Assembly: GCA_031382175.1 (NCBI GenBank)
Contig: JANMYO010000048.1
Coordinates: forward strand, 31,927-95,926
Source: Bacteroidia bacterium
GTDB taxonomy: Bacteria > Bacteroidota > Bacteroidia > Cytophagales > Cyclobacteriaceae
DNA: 64,000 bases
Reading direction: 5' to 3'
The position numbers and the translations under genes are program-made. The notes under the pieces were generated by a model that searched no databases, had not been told where the DNA came from, and saw only the letters and a program-made list of their open reading frames with translations. Shown in pieces: positions 17,168-28,511 of this stretch (the stretch's first letter is position 1; every line of letters starts with the position of its first letter).

Positions 17168-18487
17168 CTAATGGACGAGTACCGCGGCAGAATCTTCTGC
17201 CAGCATAAGACCTTGATCGTTGAGAGCAGTTAATCTTACGCTTTTAATTTCGTTGATAAGAAGAGGGTCATAGGTAACGGCCACTCTGATATAGTTCTCA
17301 GTGAAACCATGCATCATCCCTTCCTCCACATCATTCTCAAACAAAACAGAAGTCACAGTTCCACAATTTTCTTGATAGAAAGCTCTCTTCTTTTTATCGG
17401 ATAGAATATGCAGCATTCTGGACCGTTCCTGCCGCTGGCTCATCGGCACCGAATCAGGTAATTCAGCAGCAAGGGTATGATCTCGCTCTGAATATGTGAA
17501 TACATGTAAGTAGGAGATATTCAATTGGTTAAGAAACTCATAGGTTTCTAAAAAATCTTTTTTTGTTTCCCCGGGAAAGCCAACGATCACATCAACTCCG
17601 ATACAGCAATTGGGCATAAGGGATTTTATCTTCTCCACCCGATGGACGTAATGTTCACGCTGATAACGCCTGCGCATGAGCTTCAGTATCTTATTGGATC
17701 CTGATTGTAACGGGATATGAAAATGAGGAACAAAGCGCTTCGAATGATCGACAAACTCAATGATCTCATCACTCAGTAAATTGGGCTCAATAGAGGAGAT
17801 TCGGAACCGCTCGATGCCCTCCACCTGATCGAGCTCCTTAATTAAATCAATAAATTTAGCCACACGCTCTCCACCGTGAAGACCGAAATCACCAGTATTA
17901 ACTCCCGTCAGTACAATTTCCTTTACCTCCGTTCGGGCGATTTCACGAGCATTCTTTACAATGTTTTCGATACTATCACTACGACTTTTTCCACGGGCGA
18001 GGGGAATGGTGCAGAAGGAGCAGGAATAATCGCAGCCATCCTGCACCTTGAGAAAGGTACGGGTGCGATCGTGTAAAGAATAGGAAGTATTGAAATCATA
18101 CGCTGCCTCAATGGAGGAAGCGAGTACCTGTGGCTGTGCTGTTCTCACAAACCCATCAAGAAGCTCAATCAACCTGAATTTCTCTGCGGCACCCAGCACG
18201 GCATCTACTCCTGGTATTTCAGAAATTTCCTTGGGCTTGAGTTGCGCATAGCAACCAATAATGGCTACATAAGCATGAGGAGAAATTGCCCTGGCTTCGC
18301 GCACGAGCTTATGACATTTCTTATCCGCATGCTCTGTCACAGAGCAGGTGTTGATGATGAAGATGTCAGGAGTGTCGCTAAAATCAACCTTCCGATACCC
18401 TTTCTCTTCAAACTGCCGGGAAATAGTGGAGGTCTCAGAATAATTGAGTTTGCAGCCAAGGGTATAAAACGCTACTTTTTTCATCAC
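17168..18487 (-). CDS. mtaB: tRNA t6A37 methylthiotransferase MtaB (radical SAM, MiaB family)
   Basis: It has the FYTLGCKLNYSE N-terminal domain, the CDYSCSFCTIP radical-SAM cluster motif and a TRAM-like C-terminus. Confidence 0.85.
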   Translation of the reverse strand: MMKKVAFYTLGCKLNYSETSTISRQFEEKGYRKVDFSDTPDIFIINTCSVTEHADKKCHKLVREARAISPHAYVAIIGCYAQLKPKEISEIPGVDAVLGAAEKFRLIELLDGFVRTAQPQVLASSIEAAYDFNTSYSLHDRTRTFLKVQDGCDYSCSFCTIPLARGKSRSDSIENIVKNAREIARTEVKEIVLTGVNTGDFGLHGGERVAKFIDLIKELDQVEGIERFRISSIEPNLLSDEIIEFVDHSKRFVPHFHIPLQSGSNKILKLMRRRYQREHYVHRVEKIKSLMPNCCIGVDVIVGFPGETKKDFLETYEFLNQLNISYLHVFTYSERDHTLAAELPDSVPMSQRQERSRMLHILSDKKKRAFYQENCGTVTSVLFENDVEEGMMHGFTENYIRVAVTYDPLLINEIKSVRLTALNDQGLMLAEDSAAVLVH

Positions 18488-18596
18488 AAGGGGGCAAAGA
18501 TAGCGTTTCAGTAGGACTCCTTCAAAGGAGTAACATCGTAAGCTATTGCTGCCATTTGCTTGTGAAAAGAGAGTAATCTAACTTGAAAAGCCCGTC

Positions 18597-19100
18597 ATGA
18601 AGCAAAGACTGACCACCATAATTTTACTCCTGCTGTCGCTACATGGTTTGTTCTCATTAGCGTTCATCTTTGATCCACCGGTCTTACCTCCTTCCCGACT
18701 TGCAACATTTTACAAAGTGTATTTGCTGCCAGGTCCTTTCTTTACTGAATCCAGAATAATAGAGAGCCAATCCCTCCATCTTTCCTGGAAGATGAAGGAT
18801 CAATGGCAGCCTCCAATAAATACTAGTAAAGAGAATTACGATAATTACCGAGCCTGCTTTAACCCAACCTACCTTTTCAGAAGTAGGCTTGAACATACTT
18901 TCTATGTGCGCATTTTGCGCGAACCATACGCTTCCTTGGAGAAGAAGGAAAGAGCAAAGGAAATAGAGCAACTCAGGCAGTACTTAAGTGACACTTATGT
19001 TCCTAAGGAAGCTGACTCCTTGCGCATCGTGATGATAAAAAGCAGAGCGCAGAATTTTAAGGTAAAAGTAGATTCACTCCAGATGATATTTGCCCGGTGA
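18597..19100 (+). CDS. Hypothetical membrane-anchored protein (167 aa)
   Basis: It has an N-terminal hydrophobic anchor. Its stop overlaps the GTG start of the next gene (GTGA). Confidence 0.5.
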   Translation: MKQRLTTIILLLLSLHGLFSLAFIFDPPVLPPSRLATFYKVYLLPGPFFTESRIIESQSLHLSWKMKDQWQPPINTSKENYDNYRACFNPTYLFRSRLEHTFYVRILREPYASLEKKERAKEIEQLRQYLSDTYVPKEADSLRIVMIKSRAQNFKVKVDSLQMIFAR

Positions 19101-19945
19101 TCTCAATCACATCATACCGAAAATATCTGATCAGTGTTCTGCAGAGAGAAAATAGCCCTGAGTTATTGAGAAATGTCTTTTGTAAGTCTCTTTACGTCTT
19201 TCTTTTTGCAAAAATTATTTTTTTAGAACCTGTCCTTAAAGAGGTCATTGCATATTTGCCTGTTGAGTTGAATTCAACCTGGCATCACATTCTTTACGCT
19301 CCAATTAAACTGGCGCAAGTTGCGTTGAACGTGTTTCTCCTATTAATACAAATTGTAATATTGATTGCCTTATTCGTAAGGGTAAATTATTTCACGTCTG
19401 CCTTGATCTTCTGGTTTTCGTTTAGCCTTAGCCGATTAACGCAGCCGTTGGCCAATGGCTCCGATCAGGTGCTGAATCTTTTTTTATTCATTTCTATTTT
19501 TCTCTCAGCGAAACCATCCCTGCCGGCAACCTTAAAAGAGTCGCAAAAGATTATTTCAAATTTTGCCTGGCTGCTCTGTCAGCTTCAGCTCGTGCTGATC
19601 TACCTGTTATCGGGATATGACAAATTGATGAGCAAAGCCTGGCGCTCAGGCGATGCAATATACTCAATCACTAATTTGGAGACCTACTCTAATCCGTGGT
19701 TTGCCATCACGCTCAATAAATCAATTTTTGCGGTGATAGCATGGTGGGTGATCCTTTTTGAACTAAGCTTCCCGTTGTTGATTTGGTTCAGCCGATTTCG
19801 CATACCAATCTTAATAATTGGCTTCCTTTTTCATATGGGGATAATTTTCTTCTTAAACTTGCCCGATTTTGGAATCATAATGATACTGTCTTATATTTTA
19901 TTTATCCCTTACCAAAGAGAGAACAAGATTTTAAGTTCGTCCTAA
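19097..19945 (+). CDS. Polytopic membrane protein, HTTM (vitamin-K-carboxylase-like) domain suspected
   Basis: There are multiple TM helices. LSGYDKLMSKAWRSGDAIYSI resembles the aGl.Kl..dW..G motif of HTTM domains. Confidence 0.45.
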   Translation: MISITSYRKYLISVLQRENSPELLRNVFCKSLYVFLFAKIIFLEPVLKEVIAYLPVELNSTWHHILYAPIKLAQVALNVFLLLIQIVILIALFVRVNYFTSALIFWFSFSLSRLTQPLANGSDQVLNLFLFISIFLSAKPSLPATLKESQKIISNFAWLLCQLQLVLIYLLSGYDKLMSKAWRSGDAIYSITNLETYSNPWFAITLNKSIFAVIAWWVILFELSFPLLIWFSRFRIPILIIGFLFHMGIIFFLNLPDFGIIMILSYILFIPYQRENKILSSS

Positions 19946-19951
19946 ATGACG

Positions 19952-20404
19952 TTAGTGAGAAAGCAGTCTCCGATGATAGTTAATCTGTCCTAAATGATAC
20001 TCTAAGTGAGCCGTGAGGTGGATAAGAAAATACATTGTGGTCATAGGCTCTTCAAATACGAGGATGGGGTAATTCTTCTCCAGTTGGGCTGGATCCATCT
20101 TGGCCATTGCATTCTTGATGGCCTCTTTGGTAGTGATGACTTCTCGCACAAGATCTTTGGCGGAAAGGCCTGTTAAACTAAATTCTTTCTCACGGTTGCG
20201 GACATAGCCCGAATTTCCAAGAATAGCTCTGATAAAATGTTGAAGGTTGCCGCAGAGGTGCAAGCATAAATTACCTCCCGGGTTTTTGATTTCGCCTCGG
20301 ACCTCCCATAAGGAATTCAGAGTAGGATATAAGGAAATCTCTTTCTCGAGTTTATCAAGATCACGAAGAAGAATTTTGGAAGTAGATTCAATAAAGTGGT
20401 TCAT
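19952..20404 (-). CDS. DinB-family (DUF1572-like) four-helix metalloprotein
   Basis: The His triad context is present (LHLCGNLQHF, HLTAHLEYHLGQI), and the 150-aa size fits. Confidence 0.7.
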   Translation of the reverse strand: MNHFIESTSKILLRDLDKLEKEISLYPTLNSLWEVRGEIKNPGGNLCLHLCGNLQHFIRAILGNSGYVRNREKEFSLTGLSAKDLVREVITTKEAIKNAMAKMDPAQLEKNYPILVFEEPMTTMYFLIHLTAHLEYHLGQINYHRRLLSH

Positions 20405-22125
20405 TGGATAATGTCGTTTTCGATGGCTTTTATTTTCTCATCTAATTGCTGATTCATTTTTTTAAAATCCCCTTTCGATTGGAGTTTTGTTTTCACACTG
20501 ATGTAGAACTTTATTTTTGGTTCTGTTCCAGACGGTCGCACGGATATTTTACTTCCATCTTCGCAGTAGAATTGAAGGACGTCAGAGGCGGGGAGAGGGA
20601 TGGCGGAAATAATGCCGGTAACTAAATTTTTCTCTTGCCGGGATTTATAATCTAACGCTCTGGCTACGGTAAGCCCACCTAGTGTGAGGGGAGGATTAGT
20701 TCTAAATCTCTCCATCATGGCTTTGATCTGTTGCTCTCCTTCAGCTCCTTTTCGGGTGAGATTGACCAATCCTTCTTTATACAAATCAAAGTCAGTATAC
20801 ATTTGCAGGAGCCAGTCGTAAAGAGTTTGGTTTTCATCTTTGGCAGCGGCTGTCATGGCGCTAAAAAAAACACAGGCAGAGACGGCATCTTTATCCCGAA
20901 CAAAATCCCCGACCATGTACCCATAACTTTCTTCACCGGCTGCAACAAATTTCTGCTTGTTTTCAAGCTCGCCCATGAGCTCGGCAATGTATTTAAATCC
21001 GGTAAGGGTATTGTAACATTCAACACCAAAGTGTTTAGCCATGGTGTCAACTAATTCAGTAGTTACAATGGTCTTGGCGATATAGGTTCCTTTCGTCTCT
21101 TTTAGATTTTTTAGAATGAACCACATCATCAGACTAAAGGCCTGATTGCCATTCAGTAGGAAAAACTCATTGTGATCATCTTTAATCCCAATGCCAACAC
21201 GATCAGCATCGGGATCGGTGGCCATCACTAATTCTGCGTTGAGTTCCTTTGCTTTTAACAAGGCCAGTTTCATGGCCGAATGCTCTTCCGGATTGGGCGA
21301 TTGAACGGTAGGAAAATTTCCGTTAGGTATGCGTTGCTCTTCAATGATCGAGACATTGGTAAAACCCAATCGTTTTAAGGCTTCGGGAACCATGGTGATA
21401 CCGGAACCATGCAAGCTGGAATAAACGAGTGAAATGGTGGATTGCCTTAAAATGCATTCCTTTTTTGGAATAAGCTGATTTACCTTTTCATAATAGGCAT
21501 CTTCAAGTTCAACGCCTGGAGTATGGATCTTTGTTGGGTCTGCCTTGAATTTTATTTTATCAAAACTGGAGATTGCATTCACTTCGGTGATTACATTTTT
21601 GTCATGAGGTGGAACGAGCTGGGCACCGTCTGACCAATAGGCTTTGTAGCCATTGTATTCTTTTGGGTTGTGCGAGGCAGTAATGACTACACCCGAGTCA
21701 CACTGAAGATGACGGATAGCAAAAGAAAGCAGAGGCGTTGGGCGAAGTTCAGGGAAGAGATAGACAGCCATTCCATTGGCGGAGAATACATCTGCAGTAA
21801 TTTGAGCAAAGAACTTGCTGTTGTTGCGGCAGTCGTAGGCAATGGCAACTTTAATCTCCTTGTCAGGCAATTGCTTCTTAAGGTAGTTGGCAAGCCCTTG
21901 GGTGGCACTGCCAAGGGTATATTTGTTCATACAGTTCGGTCCAACGCCCATGATACCCCGAAGCCCACCGGTACCAAATTCCAGATTTTTATAAAAACTG
22001 TCGATCAACTCTTTTTTATCCGGGCTGGCCAGGAGGGATTTAATTCTGTTTCTTGATTCGATATCGATATCGCTGCTAAGCCATTGGTTAGCGTTGGTAG
22101 TAGCTATAGAAAGTAAGTCAGTCAT
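20401..22125 (-). CDS. Phospho-sugar mutase (phosphoglucomutase/phosphomannomutase family)
   Basis: It has the active-site serine loop TASHNPKEYNGYK, the metal loop DPDADR and the GEESYG sugar-binding loop. Confidence 0.9.
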   Translation of the reverse strand: MTDLLSIATTNANQWLSSDIDIESRNRIKSLLASPDKKELIDSFYKNLEFGTGGLRGIMGVGPNCMNKYTLGSATQGLANYLKKQLPDKEIKVAIAYDCRNNSKFFAQITADVFSANGMAVYLFPELRPTPLLSFAIRHLQCDSGVVITASHNPKEYNGYKAYWSDGAQLVPPHDKNVITEVNAISSFDKIKFKADPTKIHTPGVELEDAYYEKVNQLIPKKECILRQSTISLVYSSLHGSGITMVPEALKRLGFTNVSIIEEQRIPNGNFPTVQSPNPEEHSAMKLALLKAKELNAELVMATDPDADRVGIGIKDDHNEFFLLNGNQAFSLMMWFILKNLKETKGTYIAKTIVTTELVDTMAKHFGVECYNTLTGFKYIAELMGELENKQKFVAAGEESYGYMVGDFVRDKDAVSACVFFSAMTAAAKDENQTLYDWLLQMYTDFDLYKEGLVNLTRKGAEGEQQIKAMMERFRTNPPLTLGGLTVARALDYKSRQEKNLVTGIISAIPLPASDVLQFYCEDGSKISVRPSGTEPKIKFYISVKTKLQSKGDFKKMNQQLDEKIKAIENDIIQ

Positions 22126-22176
22126 TAGGAGTGTAGTGATGATAAAAACAATAATTCATATATTTCCATTGAACCC

Positions 22177-22471
<295 letters not shown>

Positions 22472-23560
22472 CAAAGAAAAGGGTAGGGCGATCCTGAACA
22501 GGCTTGGTAAAAATTTGCAAGAGATAGCCCTCTTCGTCCCGGTCGATAAGGATGTTTTGCTTTTTCAATTGTTGAAAGTCTTCATTGATATGTCCCACCC
22601 GGTCAAGCACGTCTTCATAATACGTGTCGGGAACATAGAGGAACTCAACACCTCTTCTTCTCAACTCAGAAACGGTTTCAATGATATCATCTGTAGCGAT
22701 GGCGATATGTTGGACCCCCGGGCCCTTGTAAAAATCAAGGTATTCTTCGATCTGCGACTTCTTCTTCCCTTTGGCAGGCTCGTTGATCGGAAATTTAATA
22801 TAGCCATTCCCATTGGAAACAACTTTCGACATCAAGGCGCTATACTCAGTAGAGATATCCTTATCGTCAAAGGTGAGTAATAATTTAAAGCCCATCACCT
22901 GTTCGTAGAAATCCACCCATGTATTCATTTGCCCCAATTCTACATTGCCGACACAATGATCTACATATTTCAGACCGATGGGATTGGCCTTCAAATTATT
23001 TTTTACAGCCTTAAAACCAGGAAGAAAAATTCCTTTGTGATTTTTTCGTTCTACGAAAGTATGTAAAGTCTCTCCATATGTTTTTATGGAGGACACAACA
23101 ACTTCTCCGAATTCATCTTTCAGAGTTTTTGGCTCACTTGCAGCAACTGCGCCACGCAATGTAGTTTCTTTGAAGGAGTGGGCAGCATCATCAACCCACA
23201 GTGCCAGTACCTTCACGCCATCACCATGCTTTTTCACATGCTCACTAATTGGTGAATCAGGTACAAGGGAGCTGGTCAGGACAAAACGGATCTTGTTTTG
23301 TTGGATAACATAGGAGGCTTGGTTACGCACACCTGTTTCAGGACCCGCATACGCTACAAGTTCAAAACCAAAACAATGCTGGTAGAAGAGTGATGCCTGC
23401 TTGGCATTGCCCACATAGAATTCGATGTAATCGGTACCTTTCAAGGGTAAGAAATCCTGCTCCATGGTAGTTGGATTTTTAGAATTGTAAAATTACGTAT
23501 TCTGCTCTTTTTATTTTTAAAATACGCAGCATTTCTATAATCTTGACAAAAATTTAAGCT

Positions 23561-23968
23561 ATGGATTTAAAAGCTCTCGATAAAGCCTTGCAGGACATCG
23601 TTAAACGGAGAATGGAGTTGCAGAAGCTGGATTATAACAATCCGAAATATGATGACCTTGAAGAAGAACTGCATGACCTGGAGGATGCTTTTCAGGAGAG
23701 TCATGGTAAGTACATGGAGGAGGTATTACAATCTATTCATGATGAGCATTGTCCCGATACCGATGTGCTCTATCCCATAGCGTACATCGGGAAGGTATAT
23801 CAGGTAAACAGTAAGAAAGAGTTTACTGTTGCCGGTACCGAAGGCGTTTTTGTAGAAGTAGATAAGTACCCTGGCAAAGAAACGAAGTTGGTCATTGTAC
23901 CCAACCCCGTTCGTGTTTTATTAAACATTGGAAAAGATAATCAACAGGTGGTTTGGACTTCAAAGTAG
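23561..23968 (+). CDS. Hypothetical protein (135 aa)
   Basis: Clean ORF with an ATG start; no motif recognised. Confidence 0.5.
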   Translation: MDLKALDKALQDIVKRRMELQKLDYNNPKYDDLEEELHDLEDAFQESHGKYMEEVLQSIHDEHCPDTDVLYPIAYIGKVYQVNSKKEFTVAGTEGVFVEVDKYPGKETKLVIVPNPVRVLLNIGKDNQQVVWTSK

Positions 23969-23969
23969 C

Positions 23970-24941
23970 TTATCGGAAACCTAATTTTTTTCTTACTTTA
24001 TCAATCACCTGATTGGCGATTACCCTCGCCTTGGCTTCACCCAGAAGGAGCTTCTTTTCGAGCTCATCAGGATGGCTCATATAGAAATTAAAGGCTTCTC
24101 GTTCTTTAGAGAACTTAGAAATTATCAGATCAAAAAGTTCTTGTTTGGCATGACCGTATCCATAATTTCCAGCTGCATATTTATTTTTCATGGCAATGAC
24201 CTGCTCCGCAGAGGCCAATAATTTGTAGATAGCGAAAACATTATCCGAATCGGGATTTTTGGGAGCTTCAACAGGAGTGCTATCGGTGACGATCGATTTT
24301 ACTTGTTTTAAGAGCTCCTTATCAGGAAGAAAAATATCGATGAAATTTCCATACGATTTACTCATCTTCTCACCATCTGTGCCGGGGATGGTCATTACTT
24401 CTTCTTCAATTCTGACTTCAGGGATAACAAAGGTTTCACCATATTGATTGTTAAAGATGGATGCAATATCACGCGCCATCTCCACATGCTGGCGTTGGTC
24501 TTTTCCGACCGGCACAAAGTTAGCGTCATAGAGAATGATATCGGCAGTCATCAGCACCGGATAGGTGAAAAGCCCTGCATTCACATCAGCAAGCCGGTCC
24601 GACTTATCCTTAAATGAATGGGCATTGGCAAGCATGGGGAAGGGCGTAAGGCAATCGAGGTACCAGGTAAGTTCACAGACTTCTGGAATATGGCTTTGAC
24701 GGTATAGCACGTTGTGCTCAATATCAAATCCAAAGGCAAGCCAGGCGGCAGCAACAGCCTGAATGTTCTCTTTCCTTACGTTGGCATCTTTAATCGTGGT
24801 AAGTGAATGAAGATCTGCAATAAAGAAAAATGATTCATTGCCGGGTTGCTGAGAAAGTTTAATGGCAGGGATGATGGCCCCCAGCAAATTACCAAGGTGA
24901 GGACGACCGCTGCTTTGTATTCCTGTTAAAATTCTTGACAT
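23970..24941 (-). CDS. trpS: Tryptophan--tRNA ligase
   Basis: It has the class-I HIGH-type motif GRPHLGNLLG and the KMSKS motif. Confidence 0.95.
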   Translation of the reverse strand: MSRILTGIQSSGRPHLGNLLGAIIPAIKLSQQPGNESFFFIADLHSLTTIKDANVRKENIQAVAAAWLAFGFDIEHNVLYRQSHIPEVCELTWYLDCLTPFPMLANAHSFKDKSDRLADVNAGLFTYPVLMTADIILYDANFVPVGKDQRQHVEMARDIASIFNNQYGETFVIPEVRIEEEVMTIPGTDGEKMSKSYGNFIDIFLPDKELLKQVKSIVTDSTPVEAPKNPDSDNVFAIYKLLASAEQVIAMKNKYAAGNYGYGHAKQELFDLIISKFSKEREAFNFYMSHPDELEKKLLLGEAKARVIANQVIDKVRKKLGFR

Positions 24942-24999
24942 AGTTTTGCAAAGTAAAACAGGGTTAGGGTAATTCCGCTTACTTTTGCGTGATAATTAT

Positions 25000-26073
25000 A
25001 TGAGATCACTAATTTTTATTTGCCTGGTAATGCACTTACCAATGTTTGGACAGCAGGCCGAACCAATTGTTTTCGGGGAGAAGATTCATGATTTTGGCGA
25101 AATAGCTGAAGAGGGAGGTAACGCAGAGTTTGAATTTGCATTAGTTAACAACAGCGGACGAACAATCAAGATCGTGTCAGTTCAAGCCTCTTGCGGATGC
25201 ACGACTCCGGGTTGGACTCAACAGCCTATTGCTCAGGGCAAAGGTGGATTTGTAAAGGTGAGTTTTGATCCACGTGGCAGACCTGGTTATTTCAGTAAGT
25301 CACTTACCGTGACCACAGATTTTGATGCCAATCCCATCATACTCCAAATTAAGGGGCAGGTCAAGAGTGGAACGATAGAGGCATCTTCAAAGGACTTTCC
25401 GGCTGCGAATGGAAATTTAAGATTCAAATTCAATTCTTTTAATTTGGGTAGAGTCTATTTAAATAAGGGGGCTCAGGCAAAAGAATTTTCTATCTATAAC
25501 GGGGGAGATAAGGCAATTCATTTTGATAAAGCAATAACTCCTGCGCAGATCAAGGTTCAATTGCCGGAAACGATAAATCCAAAGGAAGAAAAGAAGATAA
25601 AGATTTCTTTTGATGCGAAGAGTCGTGGCGAATATGGTTTTATAACCGATACTATTGAAATACTTACTGATGATGTTGACCAGCCGAGAAAATCATTTCC
25701 CGTTTATACTACCGTAGAAGAGTATTTTCCCCCACTTACCGCGGAAGAATCCAGACTTGCTCCACAATTACTTTTGGATGCAAATGCAGTAGATATGGGA
25801 CGCGCACGACAAGGGATAAGTCTGGAGAAAGAAGCTGTCATTAAAAATAATGGCAAGAAGGAATTGTTCATTAGGGCTGTGAAACCCAATTGTAAGTGTA
25901 TATCTACTACACTCAGTCAGAACAAAATACCAGTAGGTGGTGAAGCACGACTTAATATCCTGCTGACGTCTGAAGGGAGAACAGGTACGCAGCAGAAGGC
26001 AATCACCATCTATTCGAATGACCCGAGAAACCCGGTTCAGCGAATTACGCTGACAGCGTATATTGAGAATTGA
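25000..26073 (+). CDS. DUF1573 domain-containing secreted protein (repeated DUF1573 modules)
   Basis: The ATG at 25000 gives the signal peptide MRSLIFICLVMHLPMFGQQ. The module signatures ASCGCTTP and KPNCKCIST are present. Confidence 0.7.
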   Translation: MRSLIFICLVMHLPMFGQQAEPIVFGEKIHDFGEIAEEGGNAEFEFALVNNSGRTIKIVSVQASCGCTTPGWTQQPIAQGKGGFVKVSFDPRGRPGYFSKSLTVTTDFDANPIILQIKGQVKSGTIEASSKDFPAANGNLRFKFNSFNLGRVYLNKGAQAKEFSIYNGGDKAIHFDKAITPAQIKVQLPETINPKEEKKIKISFDAKSRGEYGFITDTIEILTDDVDQPRKSFPVYTTVEEYFPPLTAEESRLAPQLLLDANAVDMGRARQGISLEKEAVIKNNGKKELFIRAVKPNCKCISTTLSQNKIPVGGEARLNILLTSEGRTGTQQKAITIYSNDPRNPVQRITLTAYIEN

Positions 26074-26087
26074 ATTTGGTTTAAGAT

Positions 26088-27173
26088 TTAAAGCTTAAGA
26101 GCAAGCAGGGCATTGGCAATAAGTTCAGCAGCTTTTCCATTGCCGTAAAGATTAGGTTTAGCAACAACTGTCTTCGTAAGGGCTTCATGAAAGCCTTTCA
26201 AAATAGCATTCCTATCAGCGCCTACAAGGGTATTGACTCCAGCCTCTACCAGCTCAGTCCATTCTGTTTGATCGCGCAGGGTGAGACAATATCTATTAAA
26301 GAAGTAAGCTTCTTTTTGTAAGCCGCCACTGTCGGTGATCACAAGGCTGCAACCTTCGAGGAGTGCGAGCATATCAAAATAGCCAACCGGATCGATGAGT
26401 CTGGCATCGAGTTTAAGATTTTGATCTTTTAAGAAAGCTCTCGTTCGCGGATGAAGGGGAAGTATAATCTGTATTTTCTTGTTGATTTCATTTAGTGCTT
26501 TACAGATTTCTGCTAAGCGCAAAGGGTTATTTGTATTTTCTGCCCGATGAATAGTGGCAAGAATGAATTTTTTATTTCCAGGATTTTCTTTTTGAATAAT
26601 CGTTGAATGAGTTTTTATTTTTTGCTTATAAAATAATACGGCATCATACATCACGTCTCCTGAAAGTATAACGTCACAATCAAAGTTTTTGAATCCTTCT
26701 TTTTCAAGATTGCTGATGGCGGTTTCAGTAGGGCAGAAGAGAACCCTGCTGATGCGGTCGGTTAAGATGCGGTTGATCTCTTCCGGCATTTTCATTTCAA
26801 AGCTTCTGAGCCCGGCCTCTACGTGGGCTACAGGTATATGAAGCTTTGCTGCGGCAAGCGCTCCGGCAAGCGTAGAATTAGTATCGCCATAGACCAAAAC
26901 ACAATCGGGCTTTTCTTTTAGCAAGACCTCTTCAATTTTTTCAATCATCCTGCCCGTCATCGCCCCATGATTTAATCCTTGTATTTCCAGGTTGTAATCA
27001 GGAGCAGGGATTTCCATCTCATCAAAAAATACCTGCGACATATTAGCATCAAAGTGCTGACCGGTGTGAATGATCACCTCGCTGATGCCAGCCTTCTTTA
27101 GCTCACGCGAAACAGTAGCGGCTTTGATGAATTGTGGACGGGCGCCTAATACTGTAACGATTTCCATTCTCAT
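26088..27173 (-). CDS. wecB: UDP-N-acetylglucosamine 2-epimerase (non-hydrolysing)
   Basis: MEIVTVLGARPQFIK, HTGQHFD, VYGDTNSTLAGALAA and HVEAGLRS motifs are present. The start is set at MRMEIV (27173) rather than the upstream track start. Confidence 0.9.
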   Translation of the reverse strand: MRMEIVTVLGARPQFIKAATVSRELKKAGISEVIIHTGQHFDANMSQVFFDEMEIPAPDYNLEIQGLNHGAMTGRMIEKIEEVLLKEKPDCVLVYGDTNSTLAGALAAAKLHIPVAHVEAGLRSFEMKMPEEINRILTDRISRVLFCPTETAISNLEKEGFKNFDCDVILSGDVMYDAVLFYKQKIKTHSTIIQKENPGNKKFILATIHRAENTNNPLRLAEICKALNEINKKIQIILPLHPRTRAFLKDQNLKLDARLIDPVGYFDMLALLEGCSLVITDSGGLQKEAYFFNRYCLTLRDQTEWTELVEAGVNTLVGADRNAILKGFHEALTKTVVAKPNLYGNGKAAELIANALLALKL

Positions 27174-27230
27174 TGATTTTAAAAAAAGTGCCATCACTAG
27201 TGTAATGGCACTTACTAAAGCCGTATTCAA

Positions 27231-28451
27231 TTAAACAAAAGCCGGTATCCCTGTAATCTCGTTTCCCAAAATCAATAAATGAATATCGTGTGTTCCTTCA
27301 TAGGTTACGACTGACTCAAGATTCATCATGTGGCGCATGATGGGATACTCTCCGGTAATGCCCATGCCGCCATGCATTTGCCGCGCCTCACGGGCAATCT
27401 CAAGGGCAAGAGCCACATTGTTTCGCTTCGCCAGGGATATTTGAGGTGTGGTCGCTTTGCCTTCATTCATCAACGTACCCAATCGCCAGTTAAGAAGTTG
27501 GGCTTTGGTAATCTCCGTGAGCATTTCAGCCAGTTTCTTTTGCTGAAGTTGGAAGGAGGCAATCGGTTTTCCGAATTGAATTCTTTCGGCTGTATACCGT
27601 CTTGCTGATTCGTAACAGTCCATCGCTGCACCCAAAGCGCCCCAGGCTATTCCATAACGTGCGGAATCTAAACACATCATCGGTGCGCCTAGGCCTGTCT
27701 TGCCGGTCAATAAATTTCCCTTGGGAACTTTAACATTATCAAAGACTAATTCGCCTGTGGCACTTGCCCGCAACGACCATTTGCCGTGAGTCTCAGGAGT
27801 CGTGAATCCTGGCATGCCGCGCTCGACAATTAGTCCATGAATTCTTCCGGCTTCATTTTTTGCCCACACCACCGCGACATCTGCTTTTGGTGAGTTAGAA
27901 ATCCACATCTTGGCACCATTGAGAAGATAATGATCTCCCATGTCTTTGAAGTTAGTCACCATACCACTTGGATTAGATCCGTGATCGGGTTCTGTCAAAC
28001 CAAAGCAGCCCAGCCATTCGCCCGATGCGAGTTTGGGTAAGTATTTTTTTCGCTGAGCCTCTGATCCAAACTTATAGATAGGATACATCACCAACGAGCC
28101 TTGCACGGAAGCAGTCGAGCGCATGCCGGAGTCTCCTCGCTCAATTTCTTGCATGATAATGCCATATGAAATATAATCGAGCCCACCACATCCATACTCT
28201 ACAGGGAGTGTTGGACCAAAGGCACCGATTTCTCCAAACTTTCTTACAATTTCATATGGGAAATGGGCACGCTGCGCCCAATCTTCAATGTAGGGGCTGA
28301 TTTCTTTCTTCACAAAATCCCGTATGGAACTGCGGATAAGTTTGTGCTCTTCAGTGAGCAGACTATCTACGGAATAGAAATCCGGTTGCTCATAGCGGTC
28401 TTGTTTCAATGATTTTTTGGCCTTGGGCTCGGCAGCAGAACTCTGTGACAT
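27231..28451 (-). CDS. Acyl-CoA dehydrogenase, glutaryl-CoA dehydrogenase-like
   Basis: The architecture is ACAD-like (GCFGLTEPDHGSNP, the ARYGIAWGALGAA region, C-terminal YEGTHDIH). The length and motifs resemble GcdH. Confidence 0.75.
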   Translation of the reverse strand: MSQSSAAEPKAKKSLKQDRYEQPDFYSVDSLLTEEHKLIRSSIRDFVKKEISPYIEDWAQRAHFPYEIVRKFGEIGAFGPTLPVEYGCGGLDYISYGIIMQEIERGDSGMRSTASVQGSLVMYPIYKFGSEAQRKKYLPKLASGEWLGCFGLTEPDHGSNPSGMVTNFKDMGDHYLLNGAKMWISNSPKADVAVVWAKNEAGRIHGLIVERGMPGFTTPETHGKWSLRASATGELVFDNVKVPKGNLLTGKTGLGAPMMCLDSARYGIAWGALGAAMDCYESARRYTAERIQFGKPIASFQLQQKKLAEMLTEITKAQLLNWRLGTLMNEGKATTPQISLAKRNNVALALEIAREARQMHGGMGITGEYPIMRHMMNLESVVTYEGTHDIHLLILGNEITGIPAFV

Positions 28452-28511
28452 ATCGTTTTTTTGGTTATTCTTTTCTAAACCTTCAAATTTACTGAACTTA
28501 TTAACAAAAAA

